A DNA stretch of 64,000 nt from Octopus sinensis (lineage: Eukaryota): assembly GCF_006345805.1 (NCBI RefSeq), contig NC_043009.1, positions 44,640,001 to 44,704,000 on the forward strand, read 5' to 3'. Below the pieces are notes generated by a model. That model was not told where the DNA came from. It worked only from the letters and a program-made list of their open reading frames with translations, and ran no database searches. Both the position numbers and the translations under genes were made by a program. How positions within the stretch are numbered: the first letter of the stretch is position 1; the number at the start of each line of letters is the position of its first letter. Positions 24,920-36,968 of this stretch are shown piece after piece.

Positions 24920-26061
24920 CTATAAAACCGTCAAAAGCTTGTTTATTTTTGTTTTTTTGATTTATTATTTGTGTTGCTTAATATGTTTTGTTAAAATTGC
25001 TATCTCTTTTCAGATATTATCCGAATAGGGTAATTAAAATTCATTAAAATCACTGATCTATCGGACTTTCAAAGAGGTCAAATTGTTGGTGCTCGTATGG
25101 CAGGCACTAGCGAAATGAAGACAGCCGAAATGTTTGGTGTATCAAGAAGTACTGCCTCAAAAGTAATGACAGCCTTTGAGAAAGAGGGAAAAACCTCCTC
25201 GTTGAAACAAAACTCTGGAAGAAAACCACAACTTTCAGATAGCGAATTGTTAGAAAGGATCACAAAAGTACAGCTCCCAAAATTACTGCAGAGCTTAATG
25301 ACTACCTCGAGAATCCAGTTTCCACAAAAATTGTTTGCTGGGAGCTGCACAAAGCTGGATTTCACAGGAGGGCTGCAATCAGAAGACCACTACTTTCAAA
25401 ATCAAACGTTGCAAGCATTTAGAGTGGAGTAAAAACCTACAGAATTGGTCTCTAGAGCAGTGGAAGCATGTTATTTTCTTGGATGAGTCATCCTTTACCT
25501 TATTTCTGACCACCAGCTGAGTAAACATGTGGAGACAGCCAAAAGAAGTATTTGACCCAGACTGCCTTCTTCCAACTGTTAAACATGGCGGAGGATCTGT
25601 GATGATCGGGGGTGGGTGGGGGGTATATCTTGGAAATCTGCTGGCCCAATGGTTTCTCTTCAAGGCAGAATTAATAGTTAAGACTATTTAAGCATTTTAT
25701 CTGATCAAATTATGCACCAATTCACACAGCTAAAGTTGTTACTGAATGGCGTGAGGAACATTCTAGTGAAGTTGAGCATCTTATCCGGCCACCACAGTCC
25801 ACAAATTTCAATATTATTGAGCATTTATGGTGCATTTTAGAAAAACAAGTAAGGAATCGATATCTTTCACCATCATTACTACAAGAACTGGAGACTGTTT
25901 TAGCTGAAGAATGGACAAAAATTCCTTTGGAAACAATTCAAACTTTGTAGGAGTTCATACCTCATAGAATTCAAGTTGTAATTACTGCCAAAGACAGCCC
26001 TACCCCATATTAAAATAAATTTGTTTGAAATTTTAAGGTGTTTCCATTATTTTGTCCAACC
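24920..26061 (+). mobile_element. Tc1-type DNA transposon remnant (frameshifted transposase, right TIR only)
   Basis: HTH region FGVSRSTASKV...SGRK, WKHVIFLDES, TVKHGGGSVMI, PPQS...NIIEHLW; 3' end GGTGTTTCCATTATTTTGTCCAACC. No left TIR found. Confidence 0.85.
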
Positions 26062-26439
26062 TTGATGATGATGATGGATTCTCTCATCATGAACAACAAA
26101 TAGGGGTTCAGTAAAATAAAGCAGTAATCATGTTCTGTGGACATGAATGTGTCTCTTGAGGTCTGTTGGTGCCTTGCAAACCTTTTTTGGAAAATGGAAC
26201 AAGTTAACTCAGTTTGCTCGAATACTCATGGATAATTTACTATGTGTTTCCTTGAGTGATAAGTGTGTGTGTGTGTGTGTGTGTGTGTGTATTTTTATCC
26301 TTGAAAACATACATTGGTATATTTATATCTTTTTCTTGTTGTCTGCTACTTAATCTATTGGTCTCTTCTGCCAAACTGTTAAGTTATTGGAGTGTAAACA
26401 AACCAACACTGGTTATCAAGGGATGGTGTGTGTGTGTGC

Positions 26440-27068
26440 GTGTGCAACAAACACAATCACAAAGATGCACATAATCATACTACAGAGGACTTGCGAAAAC
26501 TTGAAAGAAATGAAGCTAGCATGCTCCACTGGATGGGTAACGTCAGTGTGCATGCATGGCAGAGTGTAAATGATTTGAGAGGAAAACTGGGTATGAGAGG
26601 AATCAGATGTCTGCAAGAGGGAAGACTGCATTGGTTTGGTCATGTGATGCATATGAATGAGGACAGCTGCATAAAGAAGTGCAAAGCTCCAATTGTAGAG
26701 GGAACCTGTGGAAGATGTTGGATGAAATGGTGAGAAAGGATCTTTGAATGCTGGGCCTCACTGAGGAAATGACAAGGGACTGGGAGAAGTGGTGATTTGC
26801 TGTACTTGAGAAGACACACCAAGCTAAGTAAAATCGCTGTCATCCATACATACAGGCTTATCTTTTACAGGTGCTGGTGCCACAAAAAAATGCATTCATG
26901 CTGGTGTTGCGTAAACACAACCATGCTGGGGGGGGGGGCATGTTAAAAGCATTCATGCCACAACAGACAATTGTAGTCTGGTCAGCTCCCTGGCTAGCCA
27001 CCTCCTGTCAAACCATCCAACCCATGCCAGCATGGAAAACAGATGTTAAGCGATGATGATGATGATGA
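26440..27068 (+). mobile_element. RTE LINE 3' fragment plus UTR
   Basis: LERNEASMLHWMGNV...LRGKLGMRGIRCLQEGRLHWFGHVMHM; ends CCAACCCATGCCAGCATGG...(GAT)n. Confidence 0.8.
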
Positions 27069-29879
27069 CATACACAACAGGATTCCACAGTTTTTGTCAA
27101 CCAAATTCATTCATGTGACATTGGTTGACTTAGGACTATAGTAGGTGACACTTGCCCAACGTGTCACACAGTGAGGCCCGGTGTGAAACTATGTGCAAAG
27201 TGAGCTTATCAATTTCCTAACAATTGTATTCAAAGGTTGTTGACACCAAGAGAGGAATAACACTATCTGAAATGTCAAAAAATACAGAAATCCCTGAGAT
27301 AGCTGGGATAGGTTTTGTCATTTGTTCAACATATTACATTTTCTCATTGTTTGTCCTAATTCCTGCCATTTATGATGCAGAGTTTTAGTAGTGATTTAGT
27401 TACTATTTCTAGCAAACCAAGTGACTGTATAGAGAATTTTTCTTTGACTGGGATATGTCTGTCACTAATTGTTGTTGAGCAGCCTCAAGTCAGCTTTGAC
27501 CCAGCAGATTTATGATGAAAGCCAATCCTTCTGTGACCATCCTATCGTATTTTTAGGACTTATTTGTTTTTTGAAATTTCTATATTGATGAAGAATGTAG
27601 CTACAATAACTAGCAGCTTGGTTGACAACAGTACATACATACACACCATCCCCAAGCACATAGATGGAGAGGGGGGAAAAATTGGCAACCGGGGCAAAAT
27701 GAGTAATTTCTGATTTCTTGTCATTGTCTCCTATCTGTTTCAAATCTTTACATTGCAAGTATTGCACCATTATTTTATACGGTTGCATCATCTTTGAGAG
27801 TAAAAATTGATCAACATAGTTGTTGTTGTTGAAGTTGAGTGAGTTTGAAACATAGTCAGGTGACAGGCACTTTTTTTTTTTTACAAGAAATTTTTCAACT
27901 TTGACCCAATTGTAACTGAGATTGCTAATAAAGCATCTGGATAATTTTGGGTGATTAACAATCAATATTTTCAATGTTGGATTCCAAGTCAATTTCCCCC
28001 CCCCACACTAATGTTTAATTTGATAATTTTCAGTTTTCAAAACATGATGTCTAAAATGGGACAAAATAAATGACTAATTTCAATAAATTTTTCTCTTTAA
28101 CTGCATGGTACATAAATGTATCAGGAAGAGGGCCACTCCAGCAGATCATGAAGGAGCTATAGAGAATATGTAAAACTGCGTTTTTAGATTTAGTTGAGTT
28201 TCATTAATTTCATATCACGTGCATCTTTTCACATCATGTGTCATCTTCTCATGATCCTCTTTCATTTTGTTGCATTTCTGATCTTTCTGAAAATTGAAGG
28301 GTGGATACTGATGTGTATGAGTTTTTTATTTTCAAATGTAACTCTGGAGAATTGAAGTGGCAAATTTACCTTATCTTGTCTTAGTCATTTTGATCCAGCT
28401 AAATTTGTCTTTTATATGCTCAAAGAGAATTACTTTTCAGTAAAGTAACTGCTTGCATTTAGAACATACTACTTTGCGTGTTGCAAAATCAGTGGCTGAA
28501 TGTTGCTTATTTATATATATATATATTGTGAACTGGAACGAATGACTGCCATGTCTAGTAGACAGGTGTCCAGTACTGAGAAAGGGTAAGATCCTGAAAC
28601 CAGATCTCGTCTACAGGTCTTGTCACCGCTGGATGGGAGGGGTTCGCTCCCTTGCTCGCAATATACCAGACACTAGTTTTGTGTTGTTAACCAGCTGGAG
28701 GAGGTGTCCTCCTGAAGTTAAAAAAAAGTAGTAACATTGTTCCATACGGAACAGCCATGGTGATGTGGCAACAAACATCATTTTCAGTAGAGTTATTACT
28801 TGCATTTCTATAAGAAATTTTAGAACTAGCTACTTTGCTTGTTCTGACGATGTTATACTATCATTAATGCAATTAAAGACGGTCATTTGCTTAGCTGATA
28901 AAGGTTTTGTAAGATAGCGAACATTTATAAGTAATATATTTCTCATAAAGTTAAAAATGCAGTAAAAGTTACTCATTGTGCCCCTCATTCCACGCAATGT
29001 ATTACTAATTATTGTTGTTTAATCCCAGGTCAGCTTTGATGCAACATTCAAATGATAAAAGACGTTTCAACCACGATTATTCCATCCTATTTTTCAAGTT
29101 TGGTTTAACCTGGACAACGTTATCCAATAAACTGTGACGATGGCTAGTTTGGAACGCGACATAGTTACGATTGGAAAGCTTTTGAAAATAAAACTGTCAC
29201 GGCTGGAATCTCTTTAGAATACAAAATGGTTGTCACGGCTGGAGGACCTTTAAAGAAAGATTGGCATATAGAGAAAAGAAGCATGTATTTTAGCGTATTC
29301 GCACACGGCGAGCTCGCAATTGAATCGATGTTATTTTCCATTTTGAGCTTTTTTTATATTTCAGCTGCTGACCTATGACATACCAGCTTAAGGTTCAAGA
29401 AACCTGAATAATGTGGTCCTAGAGACACTATGCCAGGAAAACGAGCAAAAAAAAAAAAAAGAAATGGCGGTGCCCCAGCATGGCCACAGCTCATTAGCTG
29501 AAACTGGAAAAATCAAAAATCAAAAACTAAAAGTGAAAAGGAAGAGTGTCAACAACATCGAAATACCACCGTTTTTTAAATTTTTATAAAGAAAAAAAAA
29601 ATGTACCGTTAAAAAGTTTGAATGAAAGAAGAAAAGAGTTTGTCAGATTGTCAAAATTGAAGATTGGAATTTGAATTTCGGTTTTGATTTTTAACAAATG
29701 GTTGGGAAAAAGAAAAGAAAAAGAATCATAAGTAAACATAGACAGAGGGGAAACTAGTGTTGGATTCATCTATAGATTTGACAGGTCGAAGGCTTTTGAG
29801 GTCAACATTTTATACATTTCTAGTCACGATGGTTAGGAATAAAGCTAGTTTATTTTGTCTCTGTCATCTCTCCTGGTGC

Positions 29880-29945
29880 TGAATGAACATTTAATGTGGT
29901 TTCAGAGTTAGGATTTGGCTGCTATTTCTAGCATGATAGTATCTC
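29880..29945 (+). repeat. Old dispersed repeat family (GATTTGGCTGCTATTTCTAGC motif), representative copy
   Basis: Variants near 750, 15130 (rev), 27400, 40826, 43370 (rev) and 51585, often linked to a CAAAGGC(A/G)TTCCAGCCGTGACCATCC-like motif (29030, 31720 rev, 40725, 51480). Confidence 0.6.
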
Positions 29946-30927
29946 TTAGATACTATAATATAATAATGAAATTATTGTATACAGTGCTCAGGTGCACCAC
30001 AACTTGTCAGAAAGTGCATATAAAGTACATGCAGTAATGTAAAAATGTCTGGAAAGCGAACAATGTATGAGTCTGATACATGCTTGTGTGTGTATGGAGG
30101 GGAGAAAATCAGGTGTATACTCTTAATTATAATTTTAATAATTAATTATTACCTTTGAGGTAGCCACCTGATAAGATCGGTATTTTAAATAACGATCTTA
30201 TCCATATTTATATGGAAGTGCCTGTGTGGTAAGTAGCTTGCTTCTCAACCACACGGTTCCGGGTTCAGTCCTACTGCGTGGCACCTCGGGCAAGTGTCTT
30301 CTACTATAGCCTCGGGCCGACCAGAGCCTTGTGAGTGGATTTGGTAGACGGAAACTGAAAGAAGCCTGTCGTATGCATGTATGTGTGTGTATGTTTGTGT
30401 GTCTGTGTTTGTCCCCCCAACATCGATGCTGGTGTGTTTACATCCCCATAACTTAGAGGTTCGGCAAAAGAGACCGATAGAATAAGTACTAGGCTTACAA
30501 AGAATAAGTCCTGGGGTCGATTTGCTCGACTAAAGGCGGTGCTCCAGTATGGCCGCAATCAAATGACTGCAACAAGTCAGTTAATATATGTTTCAGTCAT
30601 TTGACTGCGACCATGCTGGAGAACCGCCTTTAGTCAAGCAAATCGACCCCAGGACTTATTCTTTGTAAGCCCAGTACTTATTCTATCAGACTCTTTTGCC
30701 GAACCGCTAGATTACAGGGACATAAACATACCACCATCGGTTGTCAAGCGATGTTGGGGGGGGGGGCAAACACAGACACACAAACATATACACACACATA
30801 CATACAACGGGCTTCTTTTAGTTTCCGTCTAGCAAATCCACTCACAAGGCTTTGGTCGGCCCGAGGCTATAGTAGAAGACACTTGCCCAAGAATTGAACC
30901 CAGAAACATGTGGTTGGTAAGCAAGCT

Positions 30928-31588
30928 TAAAAAAAAAAAGACTCCGCCGGTTACGACGACGAGGGTCCCAGCTGATACGATCAACGGAACAGCTTGCTCG
31001 TGAAATTAACGTGCAAATGGCTGAGCATTCCACAGACACGTGTACCCTTAACGTAGTTCTCGGGGAAAATCAGCGTGACACAGAGAGTGACAAGGCTGAC
31101 CCTTTGAAATACAAGTACAACTCATTTTTGCCAGCTGAGTGGACTGGAGCAACGTGAAATAAAGTGTCTTGCTCAAGGACACAACGCGTCGCCGGGAATC
31201 GAACTCACAACCTTACGATCATAAGCCGAATGCCCTAACCACTAAGCCACGCGCCCTCACTTTAAAAGACTCCGCCGGTTACGACGACGAGGGTCCCAGC
31301 TGATACGATCAACGGAACAGCTTGCTCGTGAAATTAACGTGCAAATGGCTGAGCATTCCACAGACACGTGTACCCTTAACGTAGTTCTCGGGGATAATCA
31401 GCGTGACACAGAGAGTGACAAGGCTGACCCTTTGAAATACAAGTACAACTCATTTTTGCCAGCTGAGTGGACTGGAGCAACGTGAAATAAAGTGTCTTGC
31501 TCAAGGACACAACGCGTCGCCGGGAATCGAACTCACAACCTTACGATCATGAGCCGAATGCCCTAACCACTAAGCCACGCGCCCTCAC
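30928..31588 (-). mobile_element. Head-to-tail dimer of a tRNA-headed SINE (family D), inserted into a SINE A
   Basis: Two ~320-bp units with 2 visible differences; A box TGGCTTAGTGG, B box GTTCGATTCC; 12-bp TSD GGTAAGCAAGCT at 30916-30927 and 31589-31600. Confidence 0.9.
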
Positions 31589-31956
31589 GGTAAGCAAGCT
31601 ACTTACCACACAGCCACTCCTGCGCCAATACTGTTTACATTTTTTTTTAAAGGTGAGGAAGAATATACAGGATAATGTAGTCCTATATGCAACGTTATCT
31701 GAAAATTGGGATGCTCATGGCTGGAACGCCTTTGATCATAGGACTGACCTGGGCTAAACATCAACAACATCGATATCAATCGGTTAGAAACAGCAACCAA
31801 TTCTTCCCGTAGTACTTTTAAAAGGTCAGAATGGATAATGTCATCCAAGATAAAAAAAAAAAGAAAAAAGATGACGGATGGTCAAGGCTGGAACGCCTCT
31901 GATTTCAAATGTACTATACACGAAATGAATAAAAAAATAGCTCAACAATTACTTAC

Positions 31957-32160
31957 TTGTCAGAAGTAATTTCCTTTCTCGGAAAGACGTAGAGAGTGAA
32001 TAATATCGGAAGTTCGACCACAACAATGATTTATCATCGATGTTTTACTTTCAGTTGTCATGTGACAAACGAGGTTTGCTTACAAACACGAGCTATACCG
32101 GTGTAGCACGAAAGGTCAGTCCCTTGTGTAAAGATTACCGTAGCATGTGACATCACATTA
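31957..32160 (-). promoter_or_regulatory. Candidate TMEM144 promoter and non-coding first exon, with an M-box/E-box (TTGTCATGTGACAA, 32055-32068)
   Basis: Locally CpG-richer unique sequence ending in a consensus minus-strand donor CAA|GTAAGT at 31957. The first coding exon has an upstream acceptor (TTCCTCTAG near 24709), so a 5' UTR exon must exist. The assignment is inferred. Confidence 0.4.
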
Positions 32161-33190
32161 GCCGTCATAATCATTATCAATCTTATCACCAAACTGCTCT
32201 TCCTTCTTTTCACTACCAACATCATTTTTAATATGATGTAACTGTAGTTTATTGCTTGAGAGGCCAATCGTAATTTTCCTTTAGTTAAATTAATAAACTC
32301 ACATACATACAGACAGACAGAAGAGGTCGACTGTTTAGATATTTGCGTGGCCCAGTGTTGCCTTGTGCTTTTGGTAATTACTAAAGGCGAAGAAATTATA
32401 TTGGACCTTGGTACAATATTTCTGTTCACTGATCGCACAGTCTCTATCTACTCATTTTTTGATCTGATATTTTTGAAAGGAAATGTGTTTAAAATATAAA
32501 TATTGAACCGAATTCAAATATATTAATTCCAAGAAAAATCCCAACCGCTTTAAACACCCAGCGCCTTCCTCATCTCATAATAGCAACCGAGAGGCCCTTT
32601 CTGCCCCTCTGCAAGCTTACAACTCTCAGAAGAGCCTCATTAAGTTAAGAACCACCGATGTAAACTTATCTGATCCAGATGTTTAGTCTTTGCAGTAGTT
32701 GGCTTTTGATAACAAAAGGTTATAATTAATTGATATAGGGTCTATAGTGCAAGCAGGGACAAAAATGAACATACATCTTCGCTATCGAGACAAAACTAGA
32801 ACAAGCTGTTTGTCTCTTGGAGCTCTTTACTCTTTTACTTGTTTCAGTCATTTGACTGCGGCCATGCTGGAGCACCGCCTTTAGTCGAGCAACTCGACCC
32901 CAGGACTTATTTTTTGTAAGCTTAGTACTTATTCTATCGGTCTCTTTTGCTGAACTGCTAAGTGACGGGGACGTACACACACCAGCATCGGTTGTCAAGC
33001 GATCTTGGTGGTGGTGGGGGACAAACACAGACACATAAACATACATATATACGACGGGCTTCTTTCAGTTTCCGTCTACCAAATCCACTCACAAGGCTTT
33101 AGTCGGCCCGAAGCTATAGTAGAAGACACTTGCTCAAGGTGCCACGCAGTGGGACTGAACCCGGGACCATGTGGTTGATAAGCAAGCTAC

Positions 33191-36100
33191 TTTATTTCAT
33201 GAAAATTCGCCATTAAGGTGTTACATAGAGGGGACATACAAATACAGACAAACATATAGGGTGTAGTAGCTTAAAACGTTTTAGTATTTACAATATAATG
33301 TGTACAATATTTACTATATAAAGTTTACAAATTTAATATCACATAGTAGGGCAAGGAACCCAGCCATCTGGGTAGAACCTTTACTTCTTGATCCGGCCAC
33401 ACTTACCTGATGCCAAATATACCCAGCTTGCAAGCTACAGACTTCCATCTTTTCACAAACATCTCGTGACAGACACCTCTTCTCCAGCCTGATTTTGCTA
33501 CTGAGGTGGTAACTAAAAAAGTTAACCAACCCCTGGCCGGATACAAAGGTACTTGTCACTATACCTTTCGTACGCGTCTTCCATACTGTTTCTTTCAGAA
33601 TGGCTACTACGCAGGAAAAACAAGCCTTCCTTTCCCTGCTGAGGAAAGGAGGTGGCACAATCTCAATGATTGACTCCGCTGATAGCTGTACTCTTCCACT
33701 CACTGACAAAGGTTGTTCGGCAAAAGCAATCAGTCCCGATAACTCCGGGCACTCCACGAATGCGTGCAAGACGGTTTCCCTATCCCGCTCACATCGCGGA
33801 CATGTCGGCGAGACGGCACTCCCGTGCCTTGACAGCTTGTCGCGAACAGGTAACGCCGCACGGAAACACTGCCAGGCCAGGGATTTCTGGTAATTATCCA
33901 GATACCCCGACCCGAACGTTCTCCGGTACAGGTTGATCAACTGATTTTCATCGTAGCCCAGGGTCTCTCCCAAGGCGTCTTCGGACTTAACCTCCACTAA
34001 CCCGCTATAGAAATCCGCGGTGGAACTCCTGTTGCCGGCATTGCCCGCCCGAGAGAGTAGCTGAAGTGCCTGGTCCCCCAGCCTAGGTCTCTGCTTGATC
34101 CAATTACCAATGTCCGTTAAGGACGTTAATTGCGGAAGGTAGAACCGAACGTGCGGTGACCACACCTGCTCTCCATCCAAGTAAAGCCAGAGGTGCCTCA
34201 ACCTTAATGCGAATTTTCGCATCTTCAGCCAAGGTATCCCTAGTCCACCCTTTAGCGGTTTCTGGCAGCAGACAGAGCGCTTTACAAGTGGCTTTCCTCC
34301 TTTCCACAAAAAGCGGAAAAGGATTCTCTCCAATTTGTTCAGCCACAAATCGGGGCAAGGCACCACGGTCAGACGGTAGGTGATTATTGATGCTATGAAC
34401 ATCTGCACCACCTCCGCCCTCCCTAGCAGGGATAACGCCCGTCCATACCGGGTCTGGGTTAGAACGGTCACCCTGCCGGCCACCTCACTCCAATTTTTCT
34501 CTATCTGGAGGTCTGGCCCGAACCAGACTCCGAGCAGCTTAACAGGACCTTCCGTCCAACGCCCCACGACGTTATTGGACGGCATCGGCTTGCCCCTCCA
34601 GGTGCCGAGTTGCAAACCGACCGACTTGTCCTTGTTAACCTTTGCTCCTGCCACCGCCTCGTAGCTTTTGATGGCCCCTTCCACCACTGGAAGCTGGCCT
34701 TCATCTGAAACGATGATGGAGATGTCAACTGCGTACGCCGTAGCTCCTCTTCCCCACCATAGATCATGCGGTGCGCCCCCTAGTGCCTCCAACTTCCGCA
34801 GCAAAGGCTCAAGAGCCAACACATATAGAAGAAGGGACAGGAGACAACCCCGACGAACTGAACGCTCGATCCTGAACGGCTTCGAAAGGAAACCGTTCAC
34901 CTTGACGACAGACTCGATGTCGCTATACAAAGCAGCGATCCAACCTCGAAAGGTCGGGCCCAGGCCAGCCTCCCCAAGGACCTCCGCCCTATCAAATGCC
35001 TTAGACTGGTCTAAATGTACCAGTACCCCCACGGCACCAGAAAGCTTCCCCATCCTCTCTAAGGAGTAGCATATAAGGTGGAGATTGTCGTGTATCGTCC
35101 TGCCTGGGATAGCGCACGTTTGCGCTTCTCCGAGAAGTTTGTCCACGACCCGCGCCAACCTTTTCGCCAGCACCTTGGCCAAAATCTTTAACTCTGTGTT
35201 CAGTAGAGTTATGAGCCTGAAGTTCCCTATCTCGTCCCCCTTGCTCGGGTCCTTCCTGATCAACGTCACCCCGCCCGACTCGCAGACTTGGGAATTCTCC
35301 CATTCTGCTGCGAATTGGCGAAGACGCTAGCCAGCAGGTGCCCGAACAAGTCTGGCATACTTTTATAAAATTCATAGGGCAGACCATCGAGACCCGGCGA
35401 CTTCTCCCCGGGGCACTCGCCCAACACCTCGATTACTTCCTCGGCTGTGATTGGCCCTACACAGCACTCAACCTCTCGTGCCGAGAGACGCGAGCCACCA
35501 GACAGGAAGTCCCTAAGGGCCTCACCCTGATCCAGCGTCCCGCACCTCCCGAAAAACTCGGCGAAGTGCTTGTAAATTGCCTCACACATCTCGTCCCGCT
35601 CCTTGACCGTGCATCCGTTTCCGTCAGCAAGAGACCTAATTGTGACATCGTTGCCACGCTGGGTTTCTATCGTACGGGCCCATCCGGCAACATTAATTCC
35701 CTCACGGCCCAATGCTCGCACTTTAGCCCGAACTCTACACCCCTCATGTTTGGTTTTAAGGTGACGGTCTAATGCCGTTCTCGCAGCCAAAACGTGAGAT
35801 GCAGAGCCCAACCTCAACGCCTCCTCTAAGTTCTTAACTAATTGCCTTTCTATTCTAGCCCTATCTAATCTTAGTTGCTTACTAAACCTAATGGACTCGA
35901 ATCGAATGCCTCTTTTGAGGGCGAACCACCACCGGTTATTAACCACGGCTCCGGTTAACGCACTCTGCACTAACTCCTTAATCCGACTACGGTATACCTC
36001 ACAAGTCAAAATAGACTTGTTCAGCTTCCAGTAGCCGGGTCCTATCTTAAGTGTGCTACCTATGTCCAGTCTACACTTGACCATTCTATGGTCAGTATAG

Positions 36101-36320
36101 GGCACCTGGACAAGCTGTGGACAACTAAAACTAGACTTATCTCTAGTTCTTATCACTATCCTGTCTAGATAAGACTTGAACCTTCCGTCGTCACTCATCC
36201 AGGTCCACTCTGGGACGTTCGAATGGTCAAGTCTGTAACGATCTGCCAGCTGAAACCGCTTAAGCAGATCCACGAGACGTGAGTTCACTTTTCTATGCCG
36301 TTTCGCTCCCAGTCAGCCTT
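33191..36320 (-). mobile_element. 5'-truncated L1/Tx1-clade non-LTR retrotransposon, inactivated ORF2 (partial APE endonuclease, RT, C-terminal zinc finger)
   Basis: ORFs 35266-36288 and 33314-35269 are joined by a frameshift. Motifs: YLDRIVI, TDHRMV, KSPGLDGLPYEFY, NFRLITLLNTELKILAKVLAKRL, LDQSKAFDR, VRRGCLLS (cf. VRQGCPLS), YAVD (cf. YADD), CPRC...ETVLHAFVEC. The 3' UTR ends in AAATAAA. Confidence 0.9.
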
Positions 36321-36839
36321 CACCAAAAAGACCCAGAGCTAAAAATGTTCCAGTCAGGATCACCCCGTTCCATTTTCAGACGTAACAAAAGCGGCAAAGA
36401 AACTGGACACATTTCACCGACGATTCCTACGGAATATCCTCGAAGTCATGTGTAAATTTCGTCAAGTCATATTTACGCTCCCCTACTCCAACCAAAAACT
36501 GTAATGACGTAGATAGCAGAAGAATGTCATTAGAAAAAAAGCCGGCTTTCCCAAAACACTTGACGTTGGACATTCCAGAACAACACCAAACGCATTAAGA
36601 CATGTTGGGCAGGAGCAGAGAAAATTGTAGCAGATGGACTACGCTTGTATAAGCTCGGAGAAAGACAAATCTAAGTTTATTTCTTAGAGTAGATAATTTA
36701 ATCATTTTTATTGAGTAGCAATTGACAGGTTTTCAAACATTGGTCTAGTTAGAAATTTAAATGTTCTTTATTTGAATTAATTTTTATTCAACACTTTAGT
36801 AACATTAAACAAACATCAAGAGTTATTTACTCCTGAAAG

Positions 36840-36968
36840 CTATGCGACACGTAGCGACAGAAAGTTGAAACCATGGGTAATCAAGGGAGATAATAAACCT
36901 ATTTGTGCTTTGTCTCGCTATTCAATTTTTTGGTGTTGTTCCTAATTCTTCGCCGGTCACCAGTTCAG
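36840..36968 (+). other. Candidate non-coding first exon of ETFRF1
   Basis: Unique CpG-containing stretch ending in donor CAG|GTAAAT at 36968. ETFRF1 needs an upstream UTR exon. Inference only. Confidence 0.3.

Noticed and set aside
27510-27992. 160-aa minus-strand ORF
   Set aside because: AT-rich, low complexity and without recognisable motifs; the interval may be a decayed MITE (GGGGGGAAAAATTG/CAATTTCCCCCC ends), but support is too weak.
30941-31588. CRISPR-like or satellite interpretation of direct repeats here and at 48620-48850
   Set aside because: Eukaryotic context; the repeats are SINE and LINE-UTR units with no unique spacers and no cas genes.
33600-35772. Several plus-strand ORFs of 75-144 aa inside the LINE
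   Set aside because: Antisense shadows of the GC-rich RT ORF.
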